Below are positions 1 through 9,081 of a DNA stretch of 22,524 bases, piece after piece. The stretch is from an uncultured Nitrososphaerota archaeon (lineage in GTDB: Archaea > Asgardarchaeota > Njordarchaeia > Njordarchaeales > Panguiarchaeaceae), in contig CAZWPQ010000008.1 of NCBI GenBank assembly GCA_964636085.1, positions 51,146-73,669 of the forward strand. The letters run 5' to 3'. The notes beneath the pieces are model-generated. The model saw only the letters and a list, made by a program, of their open reading frames with translations, had not been told where the DNA came from and did not search any database. Position numbers and translations under genes: made by a program. Positions within the stretch are counted from its first letter, which is position 1. Every line of letters starts with the position of its first letter.

Positions 1-877
1 TTGATAAATTTCTGTATGCCTTTTCCAGTTTGTTTTTTATTTCTATGAGCTGGTTAAGATAATCTTCATTTCTTTTCTCATACTTCCCAGCGACTATTAG
101 GACTATTTTCTTATCGATTTTTCTAGCGACATGTTCTAGGGACATCAATATGTAGTGAATTCCCTTGGATGGGTCTAATCTATTGAGATTAAAGACGAGG
201 TAGGCATTAGGCGCATATTTCTCCCTTATTTTTTCGATCTTATCATTATTTTTTGGTAGGAAAAATCTCTCTTCTATGCCGATGGGCACTATTCTAATTT
301 TGCCCAAATACTTATCACCATGTATCTCCTTAATCTTATGGATTATTGACCTACTAGCTATTGTTATCACATCCGAGTACTCCAATGCGTCTCTTTCCAT
401 CTTAACTATCTCCCTAAACGCCCGTGGATCTGAGCTATATGCCCCCTTTTCTTTTTCGATAATTGATTCAAACGCATGAATGGTCGTTATTATTCTCGTC
501 TCACAGCCTTTTAATCTAAGGATTTTTGCCATTCCTGGAACAGCAAAGTGTCCATGAAGATGAATTACATCAAAATCTCCACACTTAATGAAGGATGCTG
601 TTTTTTCCACGAATTCTTTTAATCTTTCTATCTCCTCGAGTTTTGTCCCATCAAATGGCGTCTCAATCCTGTCTTTATCACTAGTAAATATCCTATATAC
701 ATGTAATGTTGATCCATCCAACTCCATATCTTCATGCTCATCCATGTCTTTGAGGCCAAAAGTGTAGACCGTTACGGGGTTATTCTTTGCTAATTCCCTT
801 ACAAGATTCATTACTGCTACTCCACCGCCCCCAAATATAAGCGGCTTAAACTGTATACTTACAACACATATCTTCAT
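1..877 (-). CDS. Glycosyltransferase family 4 (GT-B, RfaB-like), 3' end runs off the window
   Basis: Not in the ORF track; translated by hand from ATG at 877 (GGTG upstream). Reads MKICVVSIQFKPLIFGGGGVAVMNLVRELAK...DFDVIHLHGH...IITTIHA...IRIVPIGI...NRLDPSKGIHY...LIVAG, which are typical GT4 N-terminal and donor-domain motifs. The frame stays open to the window edge. Confidence 0.9.
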   Translation of the reverse strand, partial: MKICVVSIQFKPLIFGGGGVAVMNLVRELAKNNPVTVYTFGLKDMDEHEDMELDGSTLHVYRIFTSDKDRIETPFDGTKLEEIERLKEFVEKTASFIKCGDFDVIHLHGHFAVPGMAKILRLKGCETRIITTIHAFESIIEKEKGAYSSDPRAFREIVKMERDALEYSDVITIASRSIIHKIKEIHGDKYLGKIRIVPIGIEERFFLPKNNDKIEKIREKYAPNAYLVFNLNRLDPSKGIHYILMSLEHVARKIDKKIVLIVAGKYEKRNEDYLNQLIEIKNKLEKAYRNLS

Positions 878-895
878 TAAAACACCAAAAGAAAG

Positions 896-1642
896 TCAAA
901 TGAATAGACTTTTAACCTTATATTCGGCATCTCTTATTTTGTTAGATATCCTCATGCCGCGATCTTCAAGAATATCAAGTAGAAGTCTGAGATCATCCTT
1001 GTTAACGTCGGATGCCAGGGACTCGCATAGCTCGTCAAGAGTCCATTTTCTGTCCATGGAGAGCACATCCACTAGTTCATTTAGAGCCTTCTTAAGGCGT
1101 TGATACTCTCCTCTTATCCACTCCGCCTTAGCGTCATCGGTTGATAGGCCATTGCTATGGATAATTATACTCCTCAAGGGATGTAGCGTTGCCTTAGGTT
1201 TTCTAGTTTTCTCTATATCCAACGATATGGTCTCTTTTGATGGTGAAGTGGTCAATTTGGATTCTTCATCAAGGAGAACCACTAATTTTTTCGCAGAGTT
1301 AAGTTCCTTGGATTTTCCTTTTAGAAAAATATGGTCAGCCATCAACAAGTAGTAGAGTAAAATCGCGACTTTTTCAACACCTAAATTACTGATTACTTCC
1401 CCAATTTTTATTGTGGTTGGGCTTATCTTTTTTCTATATAGATAGGATCCCCTGATGAATCCATGCTGATCTATATCAATAATAATCATGTGGGGAGAAG
1501 GTTCCCTATGCTCTATAGGGATCCGTACAATTCCAGTTAACGAGTCCTTGAAGTATTCGGGCTTAATTAATACCTCCTCCACGGTTGAGCATAATGGGCA
1601 TCTTACTTTTAGTAGTAATGGTTTAGAGATGGGTGTGCTCAT
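896..1642 (-). CDS. Hypothetical protein with N-terminal Zn-ribbon-like domain and probable C-terminal winged helix
   Basis: 248-aa ORF. N-terminal CPLC...GIVRIPIEH-x5-HMIIIDIDQHGFIRG. C-terminal WTLDELCESL...DLRLLLDILEDRG resembles a wHTH. Its start overlaps the upstream gene's stop (ATGA at 1639-1642). Confidence 0.75.
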   Translation of the reverse strand: MSTPISKPLLLKVRCPLCSTVEEVLIKPEYFKDSLTGIVRIPIEHREPSPHMIIIDIDQHGFIRGSYLYRKKISPTTIKIGEVISNLGVEKVAILLYYLLMADHIFLKGKSKELNSAKKLVVLLDEESKLTTSPSKETISLDIEKTRKPKATLHPLRSIIIHSNGLSTDDAKAEWIRGEYQRLKKALNELVDVLSMDRKWTLDELCESLASDVNKDDLRLLLDILEDRGMRISNKIRDAEYKVKSLFI

Positions 1643-2481
1643 TTCCTAGTCCACCTCCTAACAATCCAATCTGGGGCTAATATGCCAGTATATAGAAAGA
1701 ATGCAGAGAAAAACTGAAAGAATGATGATAATACTAGAGATATTAGTGCAGGCGCCACAATTTCCTCACCGCTCACCGCGGCCACATCTCTAATTGTTAT
1801 AGGTACCACTGCGAATACCATCAAAAGTATACCGAGAAGCATATATTCATGCCTATGAACAGTAACGGCATCCACATCAGCACCTCGAATCTTTGATCTA
1901 TACAGTAGATAATAGGAGAGTACCGTTAAGAAGCTAATAGCTATTAGCAGAATACTAGTCATTAACCGTATAATACTCTCTATATGTATGGTAGGGTTAG
2001 GGTTCCAAGGAGTTGGTTTTTGTAATCTAGGAATATCAGTACGAAGCCACATGTTCTGTGGTAAGAGGGCTAGTATAGAGCCTAGTATCCCAAAGCCGAT
2101 TGCTGGATAATCTACGCGTACTAGTATGTTGTTTCTCTGCAATCTAGCATAGATATACAAGGAGATATACCATAGAAATGTTGTGAATACCAATACTGCT
2201 GTGCATACAGGTAAGAAATTTATTGTGCATCCAAGCATACTTACGGGTGTCTCTGCAGACCCGTAAACCGCGAAGTATATATTTCCGATATTCCTAACAA
2301 ATAGAGATGCTCCTAGTGCCAAAAATCCCATTGAAAGAATTTTTAATCTAGGTATCTCATGTTTCTTGCTCACGAAGTAGAAAAGATACCCAAAATATAA
2401 CATCTCGATTGAGACAAGGAAGCTAAAGATTACATAAACCAGATAGAAGTGTAGGGGGTAGTTAAATTCTATGTATGACAA
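1639..2481 (-). CDS. Seven-transmembrane integral membrane protein (receptor-like, function unknown)
   Basis: 280 aa with about 7 hydrophobic segments, ending LYTGILAPDW. TTG start preceded by GGGGAG. Confidence 0.8.
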   Translation of the reverse strand: MSYIEFNYPLHFYLVYVIFSFLVSIEMLYFGYLFYFVSKKHEIPRLKILSMGFLALGASLFVRNIGNIYFAVYGSAETPVSMLGCTINFLPVCTAVLVFTTFLWYISLYIYARLQRNNILVRVDYPAIGFGILGSILALLPQNMWLRTDIPRLQKPTPWNPNPTIHIESIIRLMTSILLIAISFLTVLSYYLLYRSKIRGADVDAVTVHRHEYMLLGILLMVFAVVPITIRDVAAVSGEEIVAPALISLVLSSFFQFFSAFFLYTGILAPDWIVRRWTRK

Positions 2482-2559
2482 AAATCTCCCCCTTACCTTT
2501 ATATAATCCCAAAAATATATTTTTTAAAGAAATATAGTACATTAAAGTAGGGCCTTAAA

Positions 2560-4089
2560 ATGCAGACCATATCCTCAAAGACGCAGGATGTTATTTTTCT
2601 TCTAGGAGGATGTTTAATACATAGGAAGGCTAAGGCTCGCCTAAAGGCAGGTTTAAACGAGATAGTCTTGGAACCTGTAGAACCTATTGAGGATCTTAGA
2701 GAAATAAATTTATCTTCAGGCAGTATAGTAACTTATAGATTTGAGAATATCTCGAAACCAAAAATTGATGTCATACCCGAGGAAGTATCTGGGGTGATTA
2801 GGAGAATAAAGGAATTAAAAGCAGAGATATCCCTTTTAGAACAAGAAAAATCGCTTCTAGAGAGTAGGATTACTGGTATTAAGAGTGTAATAGAAAAAAT
2901 CTATAAGTCGTCGACCAGGAAAATGGAAAAAATAAGTGAAAACATCGAGATGGTGAATAGATATATAAAAGAGAGGATGCAGGAGTGCATGGAGTGCAGA
3001 AAAAGGATTATTGAGATAGAGGAGAATCTGGAGAAACTAAAAGCCGAGCTGGATTCTTTAAGGAAAAACCTCTCTAAATTGTCGGAGGCATTAATAACTG
3101 TTGGCCGTATTGTCTTAATAATTGACGCATCGAAGGATGAAGATGTAGAAATAGATGTTAGATTCGTGAGCAAGATCTCCTATTGGAACCCACTATACTC
3201 ACTCGAAATATCACACATAAATGGCGAAACAAAATATATACTAAAACACCGCATTAAACTTGAACAGAAAGGATTTGATGTATGGAAAAACATCGGTGTT
3301 AAATTTACAACGAGTGCTCCAAAACGAGTCGCATACAGCGAGCCTAATCCGTGGTATATAGAGCCAGTGCGCATCCCGGTAAGAGCGGCAAGAAAAAAAC
3401 CTCTAGCACTGCCAGAAGCAGTAGCAGCAGCACCACCTCCAGCTGAGAGACCTACACGACCTTTTGTAGTTGAGGGGAGGGAGTTCGGCACCGTAGTTAC
3501 CTATAGTTATAGTAAAAGGATAACTATATTCCCTGACACCCCCCTGATCCTTGATTTTGATTGTGTTGAGATAAATCCAAAAGTTATCTATGTGTGGGAT
3601 GCTTTTCTAGGAACCAAAGTCTTAGAGGTAATAGAGTTTAGGAATGAGAATTATAACCTTTTACCATCCAAATGTAATGTCTATTATGACGGTCGCCTCG
3701 TAAATAGTTTTGATATTGATTTTATTCCCATCGGAAGCACGCAGAGATGGGCTGTTAGGGAGGAGCCCGGAATACATGTGAAGAGAAAACTTGTGAGAAG
3801 GGAAGAAAAAACGAAGGGCATACTCTCCGAAAAGGCCTATATTAGGCTAGAATACCTGTTGCATGCTGAAAGCCATTTAGCTAAAACAGTCAACATGGAG
3901 ATTCTTGACCGCATACCAGTCCCTAGAGACCCGAAAATAGAAGTAAAGATCGAAGATATAAAACCTAGCGCTAGGATAGATAAGCTCGGCATAGTTAAGT
4001 GGGAGATGATGATCAAACCAAATGAAGAGAGAGATCTACACATTCAATACAGCGTTTATTTCCCACCAGACTACAGACTGCGAATTTAG
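2560..4089 (+). CDS. DUF4140/DUF4139 domain protein (TIGR02231/MuiA-like) with central coiled coil
   Basis: N-terminal VIFLLGGCLIHR, a long heptad coiled coil and YWNPLY. C-terminal VKRKL...ILDRIPVPRDPKIEV...GIVKWEMMIKPNEERDLHIQYSVYFP is typical of DUF4139. Confidence 0.85.
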   Translation: MQTISSKTQDVIFLLGGCLIHRKAKARLKAGLNEIVLEPVEPIEDLREINLSSGSIVTYRFENISKPKIDVIPEEVSGVIRRIKELKAEISLLEQEKSLLESRITGIKSVIEKIYKSSTRKMEKISENIEMVNRYIKERMQECMECRKRIIEIEENLEKLKAELDSLRKNLSKLSEALITVGRIVLIIDASKDEDVEIDVRFVSKISYWNPLYSLEISHINGETKYILKHRIKLEQKGFDVWKNIGVKFTTSAPKRVAYSEPNPWYIEPVRIPVRAARKKPLALPEAVAAAPPPAERPTRPFVVEGREFGTVVTYSYSKRITIFPDTPLILDFDCVEINPKVIYVWDAFLGTKVLEVIEFRNENYNLLPSKCNVYYDGRLVNSFDIDFIPIGSTQRWAVREEPGIHVKRKLVRREEKTKGILSEKAYIRLEYLLHAESHLAKTVNMEILDRIPVPRDPKIEVKIEDIKPSARIDKLGIVKWEMMIKPNEERDLHIQYSVYFPPDYRLRI

Positions 4090-4110
4090 TTCAACTATTT
4101 CGTGGTATTA

Positions 4111-4923
4111 ATGACTGCAAATATTGCGGACATAATTGGCCATATACTAGACATAATTGTCGATAACCTCATCATCTTTTTTGTTATAATAATAACATTG
4201 TGTGTATTGTATATTCTCTGGAACTTTCCATGGATACTCAAATACTACACCATCACAATTTATAGGGACAAAACCAATGCAGATGATACAATTCTAATTG
4301 CGTCGGATCTCCACCTCGAACTAGGCCAGCAAGTTCCTAAATCATTAGTTAGATATATCGAGCAGAACAGCATTAATGTTGTTGTTTTTGCTGGCGACCT
4401 CATGGAGTACAGGAGGAATGTCGATGATGAGGTTCTAGTTTCGATACTGGAGGATATGCTATCGGATATAATTAAAATACAGGCAGTACATAGGATATAC
4501 TACATCACAAGCACAAGTAGTCACGACCCTAAAATTAAACATGTAACCTCTACAAAAATACATGGAAAACCGATAATAATAATCCCTGGGGCTCTTCAAC
4601 TAGAGGTGGGAGGCACAGAATTCTTTATAAGTCACTGCGACTATGCATGTAGAAATGGGGCTGTGGCCAGAGTAATAAATAAGTTGATGAAAAAACTGGG
4701 GAGATCCTTATACATAGAGAATCTAATGAGGAAAAAACTAGACATACCAGAAGATACATGGATAATCTGCGGCCATACACACATCCCAGGAATAGACCTC
4801 AATAGAAAACTAGCAAATACTGGATGCTGGAAAAGAAGAGTTCTAATAAAATCGACAGAAACCGCTATTCTTATCAAAAATAGTAAGCCAAAGCTAGTTA
4901 TCCCCTCACAGCTAATAAAGTAA
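4111..4923 (+). CDS. Calcineurin-like metallophosphoesterase (LpxH-like) with N-terminal membrane anchor
   Basis: Motifs ASDLHL, AGDLME, SSHD (in place of GNHD), SHCD, CGHTH and NTGCW, plus a hydrophobic N-terminal helix. ATG at 4111 is preferred; the ORF track starts at GTG 4102. Confidence 0.85.
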   Translation: MTANIADIIGHILDIIVDNLIIFFVIIITLCVLYILWNFPWILKYYTITIYRDKTNADDTILIASDLHLELGQQVPKSLVRYIEQNSINVVVFAGDLMEYRRNVDDEVLVSILEDMLSDIIKIQAVHRIYYITSTSSHDPKIKHVTSTKIHGKPIIIIPGALQLEVGGTEFFISHCDYACRNGAVARVINKLMKKLGRSLYIENLMRKKLDIPEDTWIICGHTHIPGIDLNRKLANTGCWKRRVLIKSTETAILIKNSKPKLVIPSQLIK

Positions 4924-4950
4924 GAGGCTAAATAAAAATAGAAATAATAT

Positions 4951-6204
4951 CTAGAGATATTTTCTCGGATCCGTTATTTTCCCTTCAATAGCAGAAGCAG
5001 CTACTGTTGCTGGTGAGGCCAAATATATATATGAGTCTGGTGGCCCCATCCTACCTTTAAAGTTTCTATTAGCCGAAGAGATACACACCTCACCAGGAGC
5101 CAAAACGCCTTGATGTTTGCCTAGGCATGGACCACATCCAGGAGGTATAATCACTGCCCCCGCATCGAGAAATACATCGATCAATCCCTCCTTTATTGCC
5201 TGTTTTAGGACGGTCTTGGATGCTGGACCTACAATCATTCGGACGTCTGGGTGAATCTTTTTTCCCTCAAGGATTTTTGCGGCTATCTCCAAATCCTCTA
5301 AGCGTCCATTCGTACAGGTGCCGAGGAATGCCTGATGGATTTTTGTCCCCTCAACTTCCCTTACAGGTTTTGCATTTCCCGGAGAGTGGGGCGCAGCCAC
5401 CATGGGCTCTATCTCTCCCGCATCGAATTCGTATACTGCGGAATATTGAGCGTCTTTGTCTGCTAGCACAATCTCGTATTTCCCACCAATATGCCTATCT
5501 ATGTACTCCTTAGTCTTCGAATCTGGTGGTATTATGGCGGCTTTTGCCCCCATTTCCATAGCCATATTAGATATGGTTAGTCTGGAACTTATGCTTAAAT
5601 CTTCGATAGCGTTACCATAGAACTCTACCGCTTTATAGTCTGCCGCGTCCACTCCGAGTTTTCCAATTATGTATATTATCAGATCCTTAGAATATACGCC
5701 CTTTGGCCACTTACCCTTAACTATGATTTTTATTGTTTCAGGGACGCGCATCCACAATTTTCCAGTTGCCCAGACCATCGCCATGTCTGTGGCTCCTATC
5801 CCTGTTGAAAATGCTCCGAGCGCTCCATGTGTTGTAGTGTGAGAGTCCGTTCCAACTATTAGTAGTCCAGGTCTATCATATCTCTCAGCGAGAATTTGAT
5901 GGCATATGCCTTCTCCGATGTCATGGAAATACTTGATTCCCTGTTGCCTGACAAATTCTCTAACTCTTTTCTGCGTGGTAGCAGTAGTGACTGTTTCGGC
6001 TGGTATCCTATGGTCAAAAATTATGACGATTTTGTTGGGATCCCAAACTTTTTGTATTCCAAGTTTTTTAAAGTTTTTGAGCACCATGTCTGCATTCTCA
6101 TGGGACATCGCCAAGTCTATATTGGCCATAATAAATTCGCCGGGCTTTACATAATCCTTCCCAGCTTTTTTCGCCAAAATTTTTTCTGCAATCGTCATCC
6201 CCAT
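4951..6204 (-). CDS. leuC: 3-isopropylmalate dehydratase/homoaconitase-family large subunit (LeuC/HacA/DmdA type); substrate uncertain
   Basis: MGMTIAEKILA, DHRIP, GICHQ, GTDSHTTTHGALG, [4Fe-4S] cysteines in GTCTNGR and GCGPCLG, NRNFKGRMG, YLASPATVAASA. Start refined to ATG 6204, which follows GGGGTGAT. Confidence 0.95.
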   Translation of the reverse strand: MGMTIAEKILAKKAGKDYVKPGEFIMANIDLAMSHENADMVLKNFKKLGIQKVWDPNKIVIIFDHRIPAETVTTATTQKRVREFVRQQGIKYFHDIGEGICHQILAERYDRPGLLIVGTDSHTTTHGALGAFSTGIGATDMAMVWATGKLWMRVPETIKIIVKGKWPKGVYSKDLIIYIIGKLGVDAADYKAVEFYGNAIEDLSISSRLTISNMAMEMGAKAAIIPPDSKTKEYIDRHIGGKYEIVLADKDAQYSAVYEFDAGEIEPMVAAPHSPGNAKPVREVEGTKIHQAFLGTCTNGRLEDLEIAAKILEGKKIHPDVRMIVGPASKTVLKQAIKEGLIDVFLDAGAVIIPPGCGPCLGKHQGVLAPGEVCISSANRNFKGRMGPPDSYIYLASPATVAASAIEGKITDPRKYL

Positions 6205-6224
6205 GTGTATCACCCCCATAATTC

Positions 6225-6746
6225 TTACTCCCTAATCTTAATCTCACCCTTTTCTATCTTGTTTTTAAGGTACGGTATTAGCCCGCCAGTCTTTAATATT
6301 TCCATCATGAAATCTGGGAGCGGCTGGGCAGTTATCTTTTGTCCTGTCCTAAGATTCTTTATTTCTCCAGTGCTAAGGTTTATTTCTATTTCGTCGCCAT
6401 CCTCCACAATCTTTGTGACTCCTGGGGCTATTAGGATTGGTAAACCAAGGTTAATCGCGTTTCTAAAGTATATCCTAGCTACACTCTCCGCAACTATAGC
6501 GGCTATGCCAAAGTACTTTAGACAAGCAGCTGCTTGCTCTCTTGATGATCCACAGCCCCAATTTCTTCCAGCAACTATAATGTCCCCCGGTTTTGCTTTT
6601 TCTAGGAACTCAGGATACGTCGTCTTGAAGCAGTATTTCGCTGTTTCAACGGGATCCGTAATATGCATAAATTGTCCTGGAAAGATGAAATCTGTATCTA
6701 TGTTGTCCCCAAACTTCCAGACTCTACCCCTAATTATCTTCTCCAT
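6225..6746 (-). CDS. leuD: 3-isopropylmalate dehydratase/homoaconitase-family small subunit (LeuD/HacB/DmdB type)
   Basis: GRVWKFGDNIDTD, GRNWGCGSSREQA, ARIYFRNAINLGLP. Likely start is ATG 6746 after AGGTGA; 6752 and 6755 are alternatives. Confidence 0.95.
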   Translation of the reverse strand: MEKIIRGRVWKFGDNIDTDFIFPGQFMHITDPVETAKYCFKTTYPEFLEKAKPGDIIVAGRNWGCGSSREQAAACLKYFGIAAIVAESVARIYFRNAINLGLPILIAPGVTKIVEDGDEIEINLSTGEIKNLRTGQKITAQPLPDFMMEILKTGGLIPYLKNKIEKGEIKIRE

Positions 6747-6755
6747 ATTCATCAC

Positions 6756-7679
6756 CTATTGCTCCCCAATACGCTCTAATTCGCCATACATTTTCTTTAG
6801 AATTTCCTCTGGAATGTATTTCTTCTCCATCTCCTTTATTCTCGGAAGCCCTATCATCTCATTGAATTTCCTCCAGTTAATGCACATGTCCTCCCATTCA
6901 CTGGGAGACTTTGAGCGCTTTACTTTTTCTAGAACCTCTATCATAGCCTTTGTTGCAGCATATAGAAGGGTCAATGGAAGTGAAATCATTTTTACTCCTG
7001 CCTTTTCCAGTTCTTCGAACGTGAAATATGGCGTCTTTCCTCCCTCAATCATATTGAATGCTATGGGTACGGGAATTTCGTTAACAAGTCTCTTTACCTC
7101 ATCTAACGATTGAGGAGTCTCAACATATATATAATCTGCACCCGCATCAGCATACATCTTAGCTCGTCTCAAAACCTCATCAAACCCAGCTACAGATCTA
7201 GCATCAGTTCTTGCACCGATAACAAAATCTGGGTCAACCTCATTTCTTGCATCCACAGCGGCCCTTATTTTCCCAACCATTTCCTCGGCAGAGATGATTT
7301 GTTTGCCGAACATATGTCCACATCTTTTAGGCCATACTTGATCCTCAATTTGGATTCCAGCGGCACCAGTTAATATGACCTCTTTAGTGGTTCTATACAC
7401 ATTTATTGCATTGCCATATCCAGTATCGGCATCTACAATTACTGGGACCCTTACGGCATGACATATCTCTGTTGCGCGCTGGATCATTTCTCCAAAACTA
7501 ACTAAACCAACGTCTGGTTCTCCAATCTTAGTTGCCGAAACCCCATAGCCAGTCATCAGCAATAGTTTAAATCCCGCAAGCTCGGCTATTTTTGCAGAGA
7601 GAGCATCATATACACCAGGCCTTATTATGAGGCCCGGCTCCTTGAGCATCTTTCTCAATTCTTTTGATCTTTGAAGCAT
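6756..7679 (-). CDS. prpB: Isocitrate lyase/PEP mutase superfamily lyase (2-methylisocitrate lyase or 2,3-dimethylmalate lyase-like)
   Basis: PGVYDALSA, DADTGYGN, IEDQVWPKRCGH (catalytic KRCGH loop), ARTDA, NMIEGGKTP. Confidence 0.9.
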   Translation of the reverse strand: MLQRSKELRKMLKEPGLIIRPGVYDALSAKIAELAGFKLLLMTGYGVSATKIGEPDVGLVSFGEMIQRATEICHAVRVPVIVDADTGYGNAINVYRTTKEVILTGAAGIQIEDQVWPKRCGHMFGKQIISAEEMVGKIRAAVDARNEVDPDFVIGARTDARSVAGFDEVLRRAKMYADAGADYIYVETPQSLDEVKRLVNEIPVPIAFNMIEGGKTPYFTFEELEKAGVKMISLPLTLLYAATKAMIEVLEKVKRSKSPSEWEDMCINWRKFNEMIGLPRIKEMEKKYIPEEILKKMYGELERIGEQ

Positions 7680-7789
7680 TCATATCACCATTATACATTA
7701 TCAAAAATTTATAGAAAAATACCATTGGAGTTCTGGATCCTAGGAAAAATTTTATGCCTTTTTTATTAGATATGTTAGGGGTGAGATGC

Positions 7790-8422
7790 ATGAAAATAAT
7801 GTTGATTTCTGATACTCATGACAACATGTTTGTGATTAGGAAGATTTCTTTGCTTGTAGATAGGTATGAGCCAGATCTTATTATACATTGTGGTGACTAT
7901 ATATCACCATTCGCAGCTAGGAAGCTGAGGGATACTGGAAGAAGGATCATAGGTGTTTGGGGCAATAACGATGGAGACAAACACAAGATCCTGGAGATTC
8001 TACAGAATAGCAAATTTAGCATATATATTCAACCAGCAGAGGTGGAGATAAACGGCCAGCAGGGCATAATTTTCCATGGATGGAAAAGCCCAGAACTCAC
8101 CAAGAAGATTATTTACTCCATCGCCATGTCAGGAAAATATAAATATGTCTTCTATGGACACACTCACCAACTAGACATAAAAATTGCAAAAAATGGCAAA
8201 CTAAGAGATCTAGATGTAACCAGTGGAGAAATGTTTATTAGTCCTGACGAATTTGATTGCCTAGTAGCAAATCCGGGTGAGGCATCGGGTTGGCTTACAA
8301 ATAGGGGAACGAGCCTCTTCATAACAGTAGATGATAAGATAAGTATTGAACCTATTTGCTTGATCAATGAGAAAGATATGGAAAGAGCATATGAGTTGTT
8401 TGCTACGAACAATCAATGCTAG
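7790..8422 (+). CDS. YfcE/MJ0936-family metallophosphoesterase
   Basis: ISDTHDN, IHCGD, GNNDG, FHG, YGHTH, NPGE. Start refined to ATG 7790 after GGGGTGAG. Confidence 0.9.
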   Translation: MKIMLISDTHDNMFVIRKISLLVDRYEPDLIIHCGDYISPFAARKLRDTGRRIIGVWGNNDGDKHKILEILQNSKFSIYIQPAEVEINGQQGIIFHGWKSPELTKKIIYSIAMSGKYKYVFYGHTHQLDIKIAKNGKLRDLDVTSGEMFISPDEFDCLVANPGEASGWLTNRGTSLFITVDDKISIEPICLINEKDMERAYELFATNNQC

Positions 8423-9081
8423 GAATATAGAAATTGCTGGATAAAAAGCTATATTTTTTATACTGATTCATATTTCGTCTCCTAGTGGTTTACTTTAAGT
8501 ACTGTGCTAAGCATTAGAATCGATAAAGATCTCAAGAAACTGATGAATAACACAGACATTGACTAGAGAAGGGAGAATAACCCATCATAAGACCATCAAA
8601 GCGAATTACTTCAGTCTCACTAAGATAGCAATGCTATAGACCAGAAACATCACGGCAATTTCGGTAGCAAAATCATTAAGAGGAGACGAACATATAACTC
8701 ATAACAAATAGTCTTAAGGAACAAAACAGCCTCACCTTTATGAGGAATAATTCCGCAAGTATCATGCAGGCTATGACAACTGCTCTTATATAGAGCGATA
8801 TGCCATGGCCATTCTCTGCTATTTTTAATCCTTTATGCTCGGCTTCTTTCCATATTGCCTGCTTTAACTTAGGTACAAGCTTTTTAAGCGAAATATCACA
8901 TATCTTCATTTGGTTTGTCTCTGTGGATGTCAGTGATATACTGTATATATCGTGTACCAGCCGACCCTATAAGCATCAATCAAAAAACGAATTCTAGGAA
9001 ATGAGTCTTTTTATCTAATGTAATACTTAATTTTTTAAAAAAATTTAGTAGATATTTTATACTCGCGAGGTTTGATGCTAT

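Noticed and set aside
5896-7113. 405-aa plus-strand ORF
   Set aside because: Antisense shadow of leuC, leuD and the lyase. The sequence is rich in S/F/I, has no motifs and no clear SD.
7790-8422. Possible Vps29 (retromer) orthologue
   Set aside because: Same superfamily, but the full metal-binding motifs (DTHDN, GNND, GHTH, NPGE) match ordinary MJ0936/YfcE enzymes, and nothing here is Vps29-specific.
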